27,144 bases of DNA from an uncultured virus (IMG/VR IMGVR_UViG_3300021400_000789) (IMGVR_UViG_3300021400_000789); one strand, 5' to 3'; shown: positions 8,000-15,446, counted from the first letter of the stretch. Notes: generated from the letters alone by a model not told the origin. Numbers and translations are program-made.

Positions 8000-8749
8000 A
8001 TGGGAGCAAAGGGAACATCATTCAGCTCTTTCGTAGACAGGCTGAACGAGATCATGGCGAAAAGAGGAGTATCACCCGGCAGGCTCGCCGAACAGATCGG
8101 TGATACGGAAAGCAGGGTCAAAGAGTATATCGCAGGGCAGAGGTGCCCGAATGCAGTGATCATCATGAAAATCGCGGAAGCACTCGGCACTTCTCCCGAA
8201 TGGCTCTACGGCCTCCCGGAAAAGAAGACCATGTTCTTCTCGGAAGCGCTCGACGCCATGAAGCATGGAGCGAAGGTGAAGCTCCCCACATGGGCCGGCT
8301 ACTGGGAATGGGACAGCGAGAAGCAGACCGTCCTGATGCACTGCCGTCCGGAAGAATCCGATAATGGCGAACCTGTCCTTGATATCCGGGAATCACAGCG
8401 GGTTGAGTACACGCTCCGCAATATCTGTTCGACTGAATGGATGATCGCGGATGAAGACAACTGCCCGAAGCTCGGCGGAAGGCAGACGGGTCTCTCATTT
8501 GGTGATGCCATCAACATGGCCAAGCGCTACGGAAAGAAGATCGCCCGTGCCGGCTGGAACGGGAAGGGACAGTACGTGGAGCTTGCGACCTGCATCAGCT
8601 ACAAGAACGCTGCCGGCAAGACGGTCAACGCGGAGCATGACGCGATCGGGAACAAGGCGTTCGCTTTCGTCGGGACATCCGGCGTTCAGATGGGATGGCT
8701 CGCGTCTCAGGCCGACATGCTTGCGACCGACTGGGAAGTAGTCGAATAA
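8000..8749 (+). CDS. XRE-type HTH fused to two tandem DUF2829/Tad2-like domains
   Basis: RBS TAAGGAGG. aa ~10-72 form an HTH (RLNEIMAKRGVSPGRLAEQIG...P...IIMKIAEALGTSPEWLYG). aa 78-150 read FSEALDAMKHGAKVKLPTW...ICSTEW. aa 165-249 read FGDAI...GKKIARAGWNGKGQY...GWLASQADMLATDWEVV, the DUF2829/Tad2 signature. Confidence 0.85.
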   Translation: MGAKGTSFSSFVDRLNEIMAKRGVSPGRLAEQIGDTESRVKEYIAGQRCPNAVIIMKIAEALGTSPEWLYGLPEKKTMFFSEALDAMKHGAKVKLPTWAGYWEWDSEKQTVLMHCRPEESDNGEPVLDIRESQRVEYTLRNICSTEWMIADEDNCPKLGGRQTGLSFGDAINMAKRYGKKIARAGWNGKGQYVELATCISYKNAAGKTVNAEHDAIGNKAFAFVGTSGVQMGWLASQADMLATDWEVVE

Positions 8750-8763
8750 CAGGAGGACCCGGC

Positions 8764-8973
8764 ATGGCAAAGAAAAAGAAGGACAAGAAACAGAAGAAAC
8801 AGAAGATCCGCATATTCTTCCGGGACGGGAAGAAGGACATCATCCCGCAGAAGTTCTGGGATGATTACGAAGTCCTCGCAAAGGATAGCGGAATCTATCT
8901 CATCATCATCAAGAATGAACAGTGGATTGCCGGCTACAACATGCGTGATGTGACGGCATTCACAGTCGGATAA
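8764..8973 (+). CDS. Small hypothetical protein with Lys-rich N-terminus (69 aa)
   Basis: AGGAGG at 8751-8756 precedes ATG 8764 (MAKKKKDKKQKKQKIRIFF...). The track's 8695 start overlaps the upstream gene. Confidence 0.75.
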   Translation: MAKKKKDKKQKKQKIRIFFRDGKKDIIPQKFWDDYEVLAKDSGIYLIIIKNEQWIAGYNMRDVTAFTVG

Positions 8974-8984
8974 GGAGGAAATTT

Positions 8985-9260
8985 ATGGGAAGCAAAGAAT
9001 ATATCCAGTTCTGCAAGGAGCAGATCGTCGAGTATTACAACGGAAGGGCGGACAAGACCGATAAGAACGGGCACATCACGACGGATGACGTGTTCGTCGT
9101 CTGGTACAGCAAGACGCTTCAGAACCAGAAGGCCCTGCTCAGCACGACCGTCCCTGACGGCATGTACTACGAGGTCACGTTCAACGGTGACAAGTCCGAA
9201 GCGTATCTGGATGCCTACAAGAAGTGGGAGAACAAGTGCATCCATGTAAGCAGCAAATAA
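8985..9260 (+). CDS. Conserved phage protein, DUF6275-like
   Basis: TAAGGAGG RBS; motif VFVVWYSKTLQNQKALLST...DGMYYEVTFNGDK.E.YLDAYKKWEN. Confidence 0.8.
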   Translation: MGSKEYIQFCKEQIVEYYNGRADKTDKNGHITTDDVFVVWYSKTLQNQKALLSTTVPDGMYYEVTFNGDKSEAYLDAYKKWENKCIHVSSK

Positions 9261-9309
9261 CCCGGGAACATATCCGTTCCCATCACAGATCAGATCAAGG
9301 AGGTGAACA

Positions 9310-9966
9310 ATGTCGATATTTCATAAAACGATTGTTGCTGTGGAAGTAAAGGATGACAGCCCGGAGACAAGGGAACGCCTTACGTCACAGCTCTGCATGG
9401 AAGACCCTGTGTTCGTGTACAACGATACGACGGGCGCGCTCGAGCTCATGCTTCCCCGTGAAGAGGATGGCAGTATATCAACGGTACCGCTCGGGAAGTG
9501 GCTGTTCCGGAACGATGAAGGGAAATTCGGGTTCCTTTCCTACGATGAACTGGTGGAGCAGTACGGCCAGCCGATCGAGGGAACGGAAGATTTTGGGACG
9601 GCAACGTCAAGGAAGCTCTTCATATCATGCCCGATGAAGGGGCGGAGCGAAGAGGTGGTCTACCGGGAATTCGACAGGCTCTGCAGGGTCGCCGAGGCAT
9701 ATTTCGATGAAACGTTCGACGTTATTGAATCCTTCTTCGAGGAAGAGCCTCCGGAAGGGATCACGGGTGACAAGGCTGCCGTCTGGTATCTCGGAAAATC
9801 GATCTCGAAGATCTCCGAGGCGGATGTCGCGATCTTTGCGGAAGGCTGGTATGACGCCAGGGGATGCAGGGTCGAGCACGATGTCTGCAGGTCGTACGGC
9901 ATCCCTGTCATTGAAGTGGAGCTCCATAAGGCCCGCCGGCCAGAACCTGTGGAGTGTGAGCCTTGA
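9310..9966 (+). CDS. Two-domain protein: small phage beta domain plus DUF4406-like (nucleoside deoxyribosyltransferase-like fold) domain
   Basis: AAGGAGGTG RBS; C-domain from ~9610: KLFISCPMKG...ISEADVAIFAEGWYDARGCRVEHDVC..YGIPVI. Confidence 0.7.
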   Translation: MSIFHKTIVAVEVKDDSPETRERLTSQLCMEDPVFVYNDTTGALELMLPREEDGSISTVPLGKWLFRNDEGKFGFLSYDELVEQYGQPIEGTEDFGTATSRKLFISCPMKGRSEEVVYREFDRLCRVAEAYFDETFDVIESFFEEEPPEGITGDKAAVWYLGKSISKISEADVAIFAEGWYDARGCRVEHDVCRSYGIPVIEVELHKARRPEPVECEP

Positions 9967-10241
9967 CCTGCAGGGCTGCGTTCGAATGTGAGGCGTTCAT
10001 GCTTACGGCGGACGCAGAACGCACAGCACCGTCCTGGTTCTGCATCAGGGCGAGGCAGGGGCTGATACAGCTCGACTTCAGGATCGTGGACGGTTCATCG
10101 AAGCTCCGCGGGTGCACGATCCAGACAGGACGTGGGAACATCACGGCCAGCGTCGGGGATTATATCGTGAAGTACCCGAACGGCCACCTGTTCCCGTTCG
10201 ACAAGAAAACTTATGAAAGGCTCTTCTTAACATGCACATAA
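9963..10241 (+). CDS. Hypothetical phage protein with GDYIVK...G.LFP motif
   Basis: TTG start overlapping the upstream TGA (TTGA); GGAG 8 nt upstream; motif ASVGDYIVKYPNGHLFPFDKKTYERLF. Confidence 0.7.
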   Translation: MTCRAAFECEAFMLTADAERTAPSWFCIRARQGLIQLDFRIVDGSSKLRGCTIQTGRGNITASVGDYIVKYPNGHLFPFDKKTYERLFLTCT

Positions 10242-10591
10242 GCAAAAAAGTCAACGTGCTCGGAGTCAGGTACAAGATCAGGCTCCGGACATCAGATGAA
10301 GATGAAGATCTCAAGGGATGCGACGGTTACTGCCGTGAGTACCAGAAGCTCATCGCGGTAAGGGACTACAGAAGGGAAGACGTGATAGGATGCGCCAGCC
10401 GGAAAGAGGCAGAGAAGTGCATCAAGCATTCGCTCCGCCATGAGATCGTCCATGCGTTCCTGTTCGAATCCGGGCTTGGCTGGGATTCGGATGCGGCAGA
10501 ACACTGGGCAGTCCACGAAGAACTTGTGGACTGGATCGCCCGGATGCATCCGAGGATTCAGAAAGCGTACAAGGAAGCGGGATGCGCATGA
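10232..10591 (+). CDS. HEXXH zinc metallopeptidase-like protein (ImmA/IrrE-like zincin)
   Basis: LRHEIVHAFLFESG motif with downstream EELVD as candidate third ligand; upstream DGYC and IAV strands. Confidence 0.75.
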   Translation: MHISKKVNVLGVRYKIRLRTSDEDEDLKGCDGYCREYQKLIAVRDYRREDVIGCASRKEAEKCIKHSLRHEIVHAFLFESGLGWDSDAAEHWAVHEELVDWIARMHPRIQKAYKEAGCA

Positions 10592-10649
10592 CCATGTGAG
10601 CTCGTGGAATGACCATAGTCGAGATTTTAAGGAAAGGAGGTATATTTAT

Positions 10650-10694
10650 TTGCCGAGCAGCAAATTGACCATCAGAAGCCCGTCCAGGAGGTGA
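10650..10694 (+). CDS. Putative 14-aa leader peptide (MPSSKLTIRSPSRR)
   Basis: Perfect SD AAAGGAGGT(10633-10641) lies 8 nt before TTG 10650; the stop codon lies inside a hairpin. Confidence 0.35.
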   Translation: MPSSKLTIRSPSRR

Positions 10695-10754
10695 TCCATA
10701 TATCTCCCTTGCCTGAGGGTGAGAAGGCAGTAATAATCTGGTAAGTGCATTAGA

Positions 10755-10788
10755 AAACAATCGATAACAATGGAAACAATCGATAACA
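10755..10788. repeat. Direct repeat AAACAATCGATAACA x2
   Basis: Identical 15-mers at 10755-10769 and 10774-10788 in an AT-rich intergenic stretch. Confidence 0.85.
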
Positions 10789-10865
10789 CGTTATGGGATT
10801 GTTCATATTCTGCAGCCAGTCGTAACTTATTCAATCTTACAGTTATACAACTAAATTTTCACGGA

Positions 10866-10900
10866 AGGGAGTGCCGGTCCACAGCCGGCACTCTTTATTT
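10866..10900 (+). terminator. Intrinsic terminator-like hairpin
   Basis: GAGTGCCGGT(10869-10878)/GCCGGCACTC(10884-10893), loop CCACA, followed by TTTATTT. Confidence 0.7.
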
Positions 10901-10998
10901 GTCCTGGGCACGACGCTATAAAAGGTCCGCACGTTCATGCCCCGGCGGATGGGGGCGTTTACAAGTACGTCCTGAGCGGATGACTGAGTGAACAGTCG
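10900..10998 (+). promoter_or_regulatory. Structured 5' leader of the scaffold gene (two H-type pseudoknots plus a hairpin)
   Basis: PK1: TGTC/GACG and GGGC/GTCC. PK2: ATGCCCC/GGGGCGT and GGATG/CGTCC. Hairpin TGACTG/CAGTCG. Confidence 0.55.
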
Positions 10999-11038
10999 CT
11001 TAAACCAAATCAGCAATAAGCCATGAAAGGAGTACATT

Positions 11039-11764
11039 ATGGCATACGATTTCTTAAAGAAACTCTTCCCGGCGAATGAGGACGGGACACCGAAGGCAAT
11101 GACCTTCGAGGAACTCGAAGCAGCGATCAGCGCGGACAAAGGCATCAGCCTCGTCAACCTCAAGGACGGCGGATACGTGTCGCAGGACAAGTTTGACCGC
11201 AAACAGCAGGAACTGGCACAGGCCCAGTCATCCATCGAGACCCTGAACGGCACGATCGCAAAGAACACCACAGACCTCGAGGAACTGCAGAACCAGATCA
11301 AGGCGGCTGAGGGCGATGCGTCGAAGATCGCGGCTCTCACAAGCCAGGTCGCACAGCTGCAGACGGACGCAAAGACAGCAGCCGATAAGTATGAAGCGCA
11401 GCAGAAGGACTTCCAGAGCCAGCTCGAGAAGCAGGCGAACGAATTCGCGATCAAGACAAGGGTCGGCGGATTGAAGTTCTCATCCGCCTCAGCGAAGCGC
11501 GCATTCACACAGGACATCCTCGGCGCAGGTCTCAAGGTCGATGGTGAGAATGTCCTTGGCTTCGACGATTATGTCGCGAAGTACAAAGCGGAGATCGACC
11601 CGGACGCATTCGCGAAAGAGGAAGAGCCGAAAGAACCGGAGCCGAAGAACCAGACACCGCCCCCGATCTTCTCGGGCGGTACGCATAACGGCACAGGCGC
11701 AGGGAAGGAGAATGACTTCTCCAACCTGTTCCACTTCACGCAGGTCAACCCTGTGATTAAATAA
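11039..11764 (+). CDS. Capsid scaffolding protein (Phage_GP20-like)
   Basis: GYVSQDKFD motif, long coiled coil, Pro/Gly-rich tail; immediately upstream of MCP; AAAGGAG RBS. Confidence 0.85.
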   Translation: MAYDFLKKLFPANEDGTPKAMTFEELEAAISADKGISLVNLKDGGYVSQDKFDRKQQELAQAQSSIETLNGTIAKNTTDLEELQNQIKAAEGDASKIAALTSQVAQLQTDAKTAADKYEAQQKDFQSQLEKQANEFAIKTRVGGLKFSSASAKRAFTQDILGAGLKVDGENVLGFDDYVAKYKAEIDPDAFAKEEEPKEPEPKNQTPPPIFSGGTHNGTGAGKENDFSNLFHFTQVNPVIK

Positions 11765-11780
11765 AGGAGATTAGAAAGCA

Positions 11781-12818
11781 ATGGCTATTACAGGCATCAA
11801 CTATGCAGAGCAGTACCTTACAACACTTCTCCAGAGCTTCCCGTATGTACTCTACTTCGGTGAGCTCTTCAATACCCCGGCAAACGGCCGCTACGAGTTC
11901 ACTGGTCCGAGCACCATCCAGATCCCGAACATCAATGTCAACGGCCGCAAGGACGGCAACATGGACCAGCTCACGACCAAGGGCAGGAACTTCGGTCTTA
12001 CCTACAAGACCCTTGAGCTCACCCGCCACCGCACATGGGACACGCTTCTCCATCCGGAGCACGTGAACCGCACGAACGGCATGGCTACGATCGCCAACGC
12101 CACGCAGGTCATGAACCAGGAAGAGAAGTTCCCGGAGATGTCCGCGTACCTCGTTTCCAAGCTGTTCGCTGATTATGTCGAGGCTGGCAAGAACGTCGTT
12201 ACGACCACGCTCACTGTCAACAACATCCTCAGTGTATTCGATGACATGATGGTCTCCATGGACGACGCGCGTGTACCGAGAGCCGGCAGGATCCTGTACA
12301 CGACACCGGGCGTCGGCAAGCTCCTGAAGGAAGCAGCTGACCTTCAGCGTTCCTTCGCTGTCCAGACCGGCAACCAGAGCGTCCAGAGACAGATCGCGAA
12401 CCTTGACAATGTCAAGATCGTCGACTACATCCCGACCGACATCATGAAGACTGCCTATGACTTCTCCTCTGGCTGGGCTGTCGGCGCTACGGCACGCCAG
12501 ATCAACATGATGCTCGTCCATCCGGACGCAGTCATCACCCCGATCAAGTACACCTTCGCCGGCCTCGACGAGCCGAGCGCGGCGCATCAGGGCAAGTACT
12601 ACTACTTCGAGGAGTCCTTCGAGGATGTATTCCTCCTCCCGCTGAAGGAAGGCGGCATCGTGTTCCACGCAGACGCTGATACAGCGACCTACACTGCAGT
12701 ATCGAACCCGTCCGGCAACCCGAAGACACTCGGCTACTACGTCCTGTCCGGCAACACCTATATCCTGACAGAAGATGAGGCGGTCGTCGCAGGTACAACG
12801 TACTACACGAAGTCCTGA
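11781..12818 (+). CDS. Major capsid protein
   Basis: 345 aa after the scaffold; NYAEQY, EEKFPEM, VPRAGRILYTTP, QINMMLVHP and YFEESFEDVF motifs; strongly biased codon use. Confidence 0.9.
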   Translation: MAITGINYAEQYLTTLLQSFPYVLYFGELFNTPANGRYEFTGPSTIQIPNINVNGRKDGNMDQLTTKGRNFGLTYKTLELTRHRTWDTLLHPEHVNRTNGMATIANATQVMNQEEKFPEMSAYLVSKLFADYVEAGKNVVTTTLTVNNILSVFDDMMVSMDDARVPRAGRILYTTPGVGKLLKEAADLQRSFAVQTGNQSVQRQIANLDNVKIVDYIPTDIMKTAYDFSSGWAVGATARQINMMLVHPDAVITPIKYTFAGLDEPSAAHQGKYYYFEESFEDVFLLPLKEGGIVFHADADTATYTAVSNPSGNPKTLGYYVLSGNTYILTEDEAVVAGTTYYTKS

Positions 12819-12839
12819 TCTGACACACGCAGCTAAGAA

Positions 12840-12865
12840 GGGGGCGCTCAACGCGCCCCTGTTTT
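12840..12865 (+). terminator. Terminator-like hairpin after MCP
   Basis: GGGGGCGC(12840-12847)/GCGCCCCT(12853-12860), loop TCAAC, then GTTTT. Confidence 0.6.
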
Positions 12866-12882
12866 AACGAAAGGACATAATC

Positions 12883-13218
12883 ATGAAATATATCGCAAGA
12901 AAGAAGAACGTCGAGTACAGGATCGATGAAACAGAGATCGGCCGCTTCCTGGCGGACGGATGCACGATCTTCGTTGACGACGGAACCGGCTTCCGTGTCT
13001 ATAAGGCACCTGCCGGCAAGGAAGACCTGCAGAACAAGGTGAAGAACCTTGAAGCGGTCATTGCCGACCTGAGGAATCAGGTAACGCTCAAGGACAGCCA
13101 GATCATCAGCCTTACATCCGATAATACGGCACTCAAGAAGGAGAACCAGAAGCTCAAGGCTGAGCAGGCAGCCGCGGAGGACGCTGCGGCTAAGAAGGGC
13201 GCCGGCAAGAAGGGCTGA
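12883..13218 (+). CDS. Hypothetical coiled-coil protein between MCP and adaptor
   Basis: AAAGGA RBS; heptad-rich C-terminal half; fills the gap in the operon. Confidence 0.75.
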   Translation: MKYIARKKNVEYRIDETEIGRFLADGCTIFVDDGTGFRVYKAPAGKEDLQNKVKNLEAVIADLRNQVTLKDSQIISLTSDNTALKKENQKLKAEQAAAEDAAAKKGAGKKG

Positions 13219-13251
13219 CACCTGAACTGCCAGCCGTGAAAGGAGGGCTGA

Positions 13252-13680
13252 ATGGACAGGCCGTATGTTGATTACAATTATTACACCTCGGAGTATTTCG
13301 GGAACAAGATACCAGAGGATGAATTCATTGCTTTCGCCAGGAAGGCAAGCCTGAAGATGGATGCCTTCACCTTCGGGCGGCTGGCGCGGTGGGATCGGTC
13401 CTGCTATCCGGATTCCGTGTTCGATGCGTGCTGTGCAGTAGCTGAGGCTATGTATGAATACGACGCACAGCAGAAAGCGATATCCGAAGCCACGAGCGGC
13501 GGGGCGGTCAAGTCCGAGAGCAACGACGGATATAGCATATCGTTCGCCTCGACGGACAGGACGGCAGACGCGAAATCACAGGACAGGGATATAAGGGAGG
13601 CTATTGAATCCTATCTAGGGCATTCCGGGCTTCTCTTCCGCGGCGTGTCCAGAAAGTGGGATTCGGGTAAACAGCCATGA
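13252..13680 (+). CDS. Head-tail adaptor
   Basis: YVDYNYYTSEYFG, ACCAVAE, KSESNDGYSISF and YLGHSGLLFRG motifs; position after MCP. Confidence 0.8.
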   Translation: MDRPYVDYNYYTSEYFGNKIPEDEFIAFARKASLKMDAFTFGRLARWDRSCYPDSVFDACCAVAEAMYEYDAQQKAISEATSGGAVKSESNDGYSISFASTDRTADAKSQDRDIREAIESYLGHSGLLFRGVSRKWDSGKQP

Positions 13681-14114
13681 TCACGAACGCAGACATCACC
13701 ATATTCAACAAGGTGCTCGGCGACGACCGGAGGGACGTATTCCTTCCGACGCATATTTACGGCGTCTCATGGTATGACGCGCACGACGGTTCACAGCCAA
13801 CTTCACTGTCTCTGCCTGAAAGGGAGAAGTACATCGTGCGGATCCCGATATCCGCAAGCGTTTCCGACGATAAGGAATACATCGATGCTGCCCTGTACGA
13901 CGAGCTGACCGACCAGCAGCGTGAAGGATACTGGACCATCCAGACATCCTGCATCGTTGCGCATGGGATCGTGAACGTCGATGATGGCGGGGACGGCATC
14001 ACCGAGGACGAGATCCTGTCGCTGAAGACCAAGCTTTTCACGGTGAACACCTACGCGGACAACACTATCCGGGGAACGAAGTTTACCAAGCACTGGCGGA
14101 TAGGAGGCTTCTAA
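13677..14114 (+). CDS. Head closure / neck protein
   Basis: MITNADITIFN start, GVSW and terminal HWRIGG motifs; ATGA overlap with the adaptor gene. Confidence 0.72.
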   Translation: MITNADITIFNKVLGDDRRDVFLPTHIYGVSWYDAHDGSQPTSLSLPEREKYIVRIPISASVSDDKEYIDAALYDELTDQQREGYWTIQTSCIVAHGIVNVDDGGDGITEDEILSLKTKLFTVNTYADNTIRGTKFTKHWRIGGF

Positions 14115-14503
14115 TGGCTGGCGTGAGCTTCAATATTCCCGGACCGATTACTGCAAGCTCCGTAGGGTTTACTGGTTCGCTAGAATGGAAACCTGAATTT
14201 CCTTCAGCCTGTGGTCAAAGATTTTCTAAAGCACAAAAGTTTGTTGATTCAGAGGTGCTTCGTTACTGTGATCCGTTAGCACCAAAAGTTACTGGTTTTC
14301 TGATAGTAACCGGTAAACTTGGGACAGTACTGGGAAGTGGTGTGGTTAGTTACACTGCTATATATGCCGCGACACAGTATTACAAGACCGCGCAGACAAG
14401 ACCGTACGACGCAAACAGAGGCGGCAGGTGGTTCGAGAGGATGAAGGTGAGACACAAGCAGGACATCCTCGAAGGTGCCAAAAGAATTGCAGGAGGTGGT
14501 TAA
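14114..14503 (+). CDS. Neck / tail-completion protein (Minor_capsid_2-like)
   Basis: AQKFVDSEVLRYC.P..P..TG.L, YA..QYY and RG..WFERMK motifs; TAATG coupling. Confidence 0.78.
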   Translation: MAGVSFNIPGPITASSVGFTGSLEWKPEFPSACGQRFSKAQKFVDSEVLRYCDPLAPKVTGFLIVTGKLGTVLGSGVVSYTAIYAATQYYKTAQTRPYDANRGGRWFERMKVRHKQDILEGAKRIAGGG

Positions 14504-14928
14504 TGGCTGACCATATCATCAATGCCATAACGGATTATTTCAAGAAGTGCCCGCTCCTGAGGGGCGGTGTTTTCCGTGTCGATGCGCTCGGCCCGAGACC
14601 GGTCGAATACGTCATCGAGACATCAATGTTCACGCCTGTCCTCAGGACTTACGTGAACGGGGACACGGAACGGCAGTACCAGTTCTCGTTCGGATCCAGA
14701 GAGTATTATTCGATGGACAGGCTCCAGATGATGAGCGCGAGCGGGTTCTACGAAGATCTGTGCGACTGGGTGGAATCCCAGAGCAGGGAAGGAAAACTCC
14801 CGGAGCTCCCGGAAGGGATGTATGCAGATTCCATAGAGGTTCTGTCACCGGGGTATATCTATGACATTACCGGAAAGAACGCACGGTACCAGATGCCGAT
14901 GCGGTTGATTTACACAAAGGAGGCTTAA
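14503..14928 (+). CDS. Tail terminator protein
   Basis: AGGAGGTG RBS and TAATG overlap give start 14503 (MADHIINAITDYFKKCPLL); RQYQFSFGSRE and ARYQ...LIY motifs; precedes the tail tube gene. Confidence 0.75.
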   Translation: MADHIINAITDYFKKCPLLRGGVFRVDALGPRPVEYVIETSMFTPVLRTYVNGDTERQYQFSFGSREYYSMDRLQMMSASGFYEDLCDWVESQSREGKLPELPEGMYADSIEVLSPGYIYDITGKNARYQMPMRLIYTKEA

Positions 14929-14930
14929 CA

Positions 14931-15446
14931 ATGCCAAAAGGACATGCGGTTCTCAGACATGAGTTCGCCGACTACCTGAACGTCGGCACAATAGAAACAC
15001 CGAATTACGTTCTGATGGGCTACGGCTTCACGACTCTCGACGAGACGTTCGGCGCCCAGACAGAGGAAACGAAGTACGTCAACGACAAGACAGCATCCAC
15101 AGATGTTGTGTCGTACACGTCCAACTTCCCGTTCACTGCGCACCTGATCAAGTCCGAAGATGCAGTTATTGCACTGTACAACGTCGGACGCAACCACCTG
15201 ACCGGTGGAGATGCTGAATTTGAATACGTCAGAGTTGAGCTTTGGGATCAGGCAACCGAAGAATCCAATGGTGAAGAGACACCTGTTGCCAACACGTTCA
15301 AATCCCGGAAGTTCGTTGTTTCTGCAGCCGTAGAAGGAGTCAGCGGTGAAAGCAAGCAGGAAATGACAGGAACGCTTAACGCTGTCGGTGATCCGGTCGA
15401 TGGCACGTTCAACACGCAGACAAAGGCATTTACACCTGCAGCCTGA
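14931..15446 (+). CDS. Major tail (tube) protein
   Basis: LMGYGFTTLDE, KYVND and GTLNAVGDPVDGTFNTQTKAFT motifs; AAAGGAGG RBS. Confidence 0.82.
   Translation: MPKGHAVLRHEFADYLNVGTIETPNYVLMGYGFTTLDETFGAQTEETKYVNDKTASTDVVSYTSNFPFTAHLIKSEDAVIALYNVGRNHLTGGDAEFEYVRVELWDQATEESNGEETPVANTFKSRKFVVSAAVEGVSGESKQEMTGTLNAVGDPVDGTFNTQTKAFTPAA

Noticed and set aside
10755..10788. Mini-CRISPR array
   Set aside because: Only two 15-bp copies separated by 4 bp; no spacer-length sequence.
14428..14502. Extended start for the tail terminator gene in the ORF track
   Set aside because: Overlaps the upstream gene; the RBS and TAATG coupling support ATG 14503.
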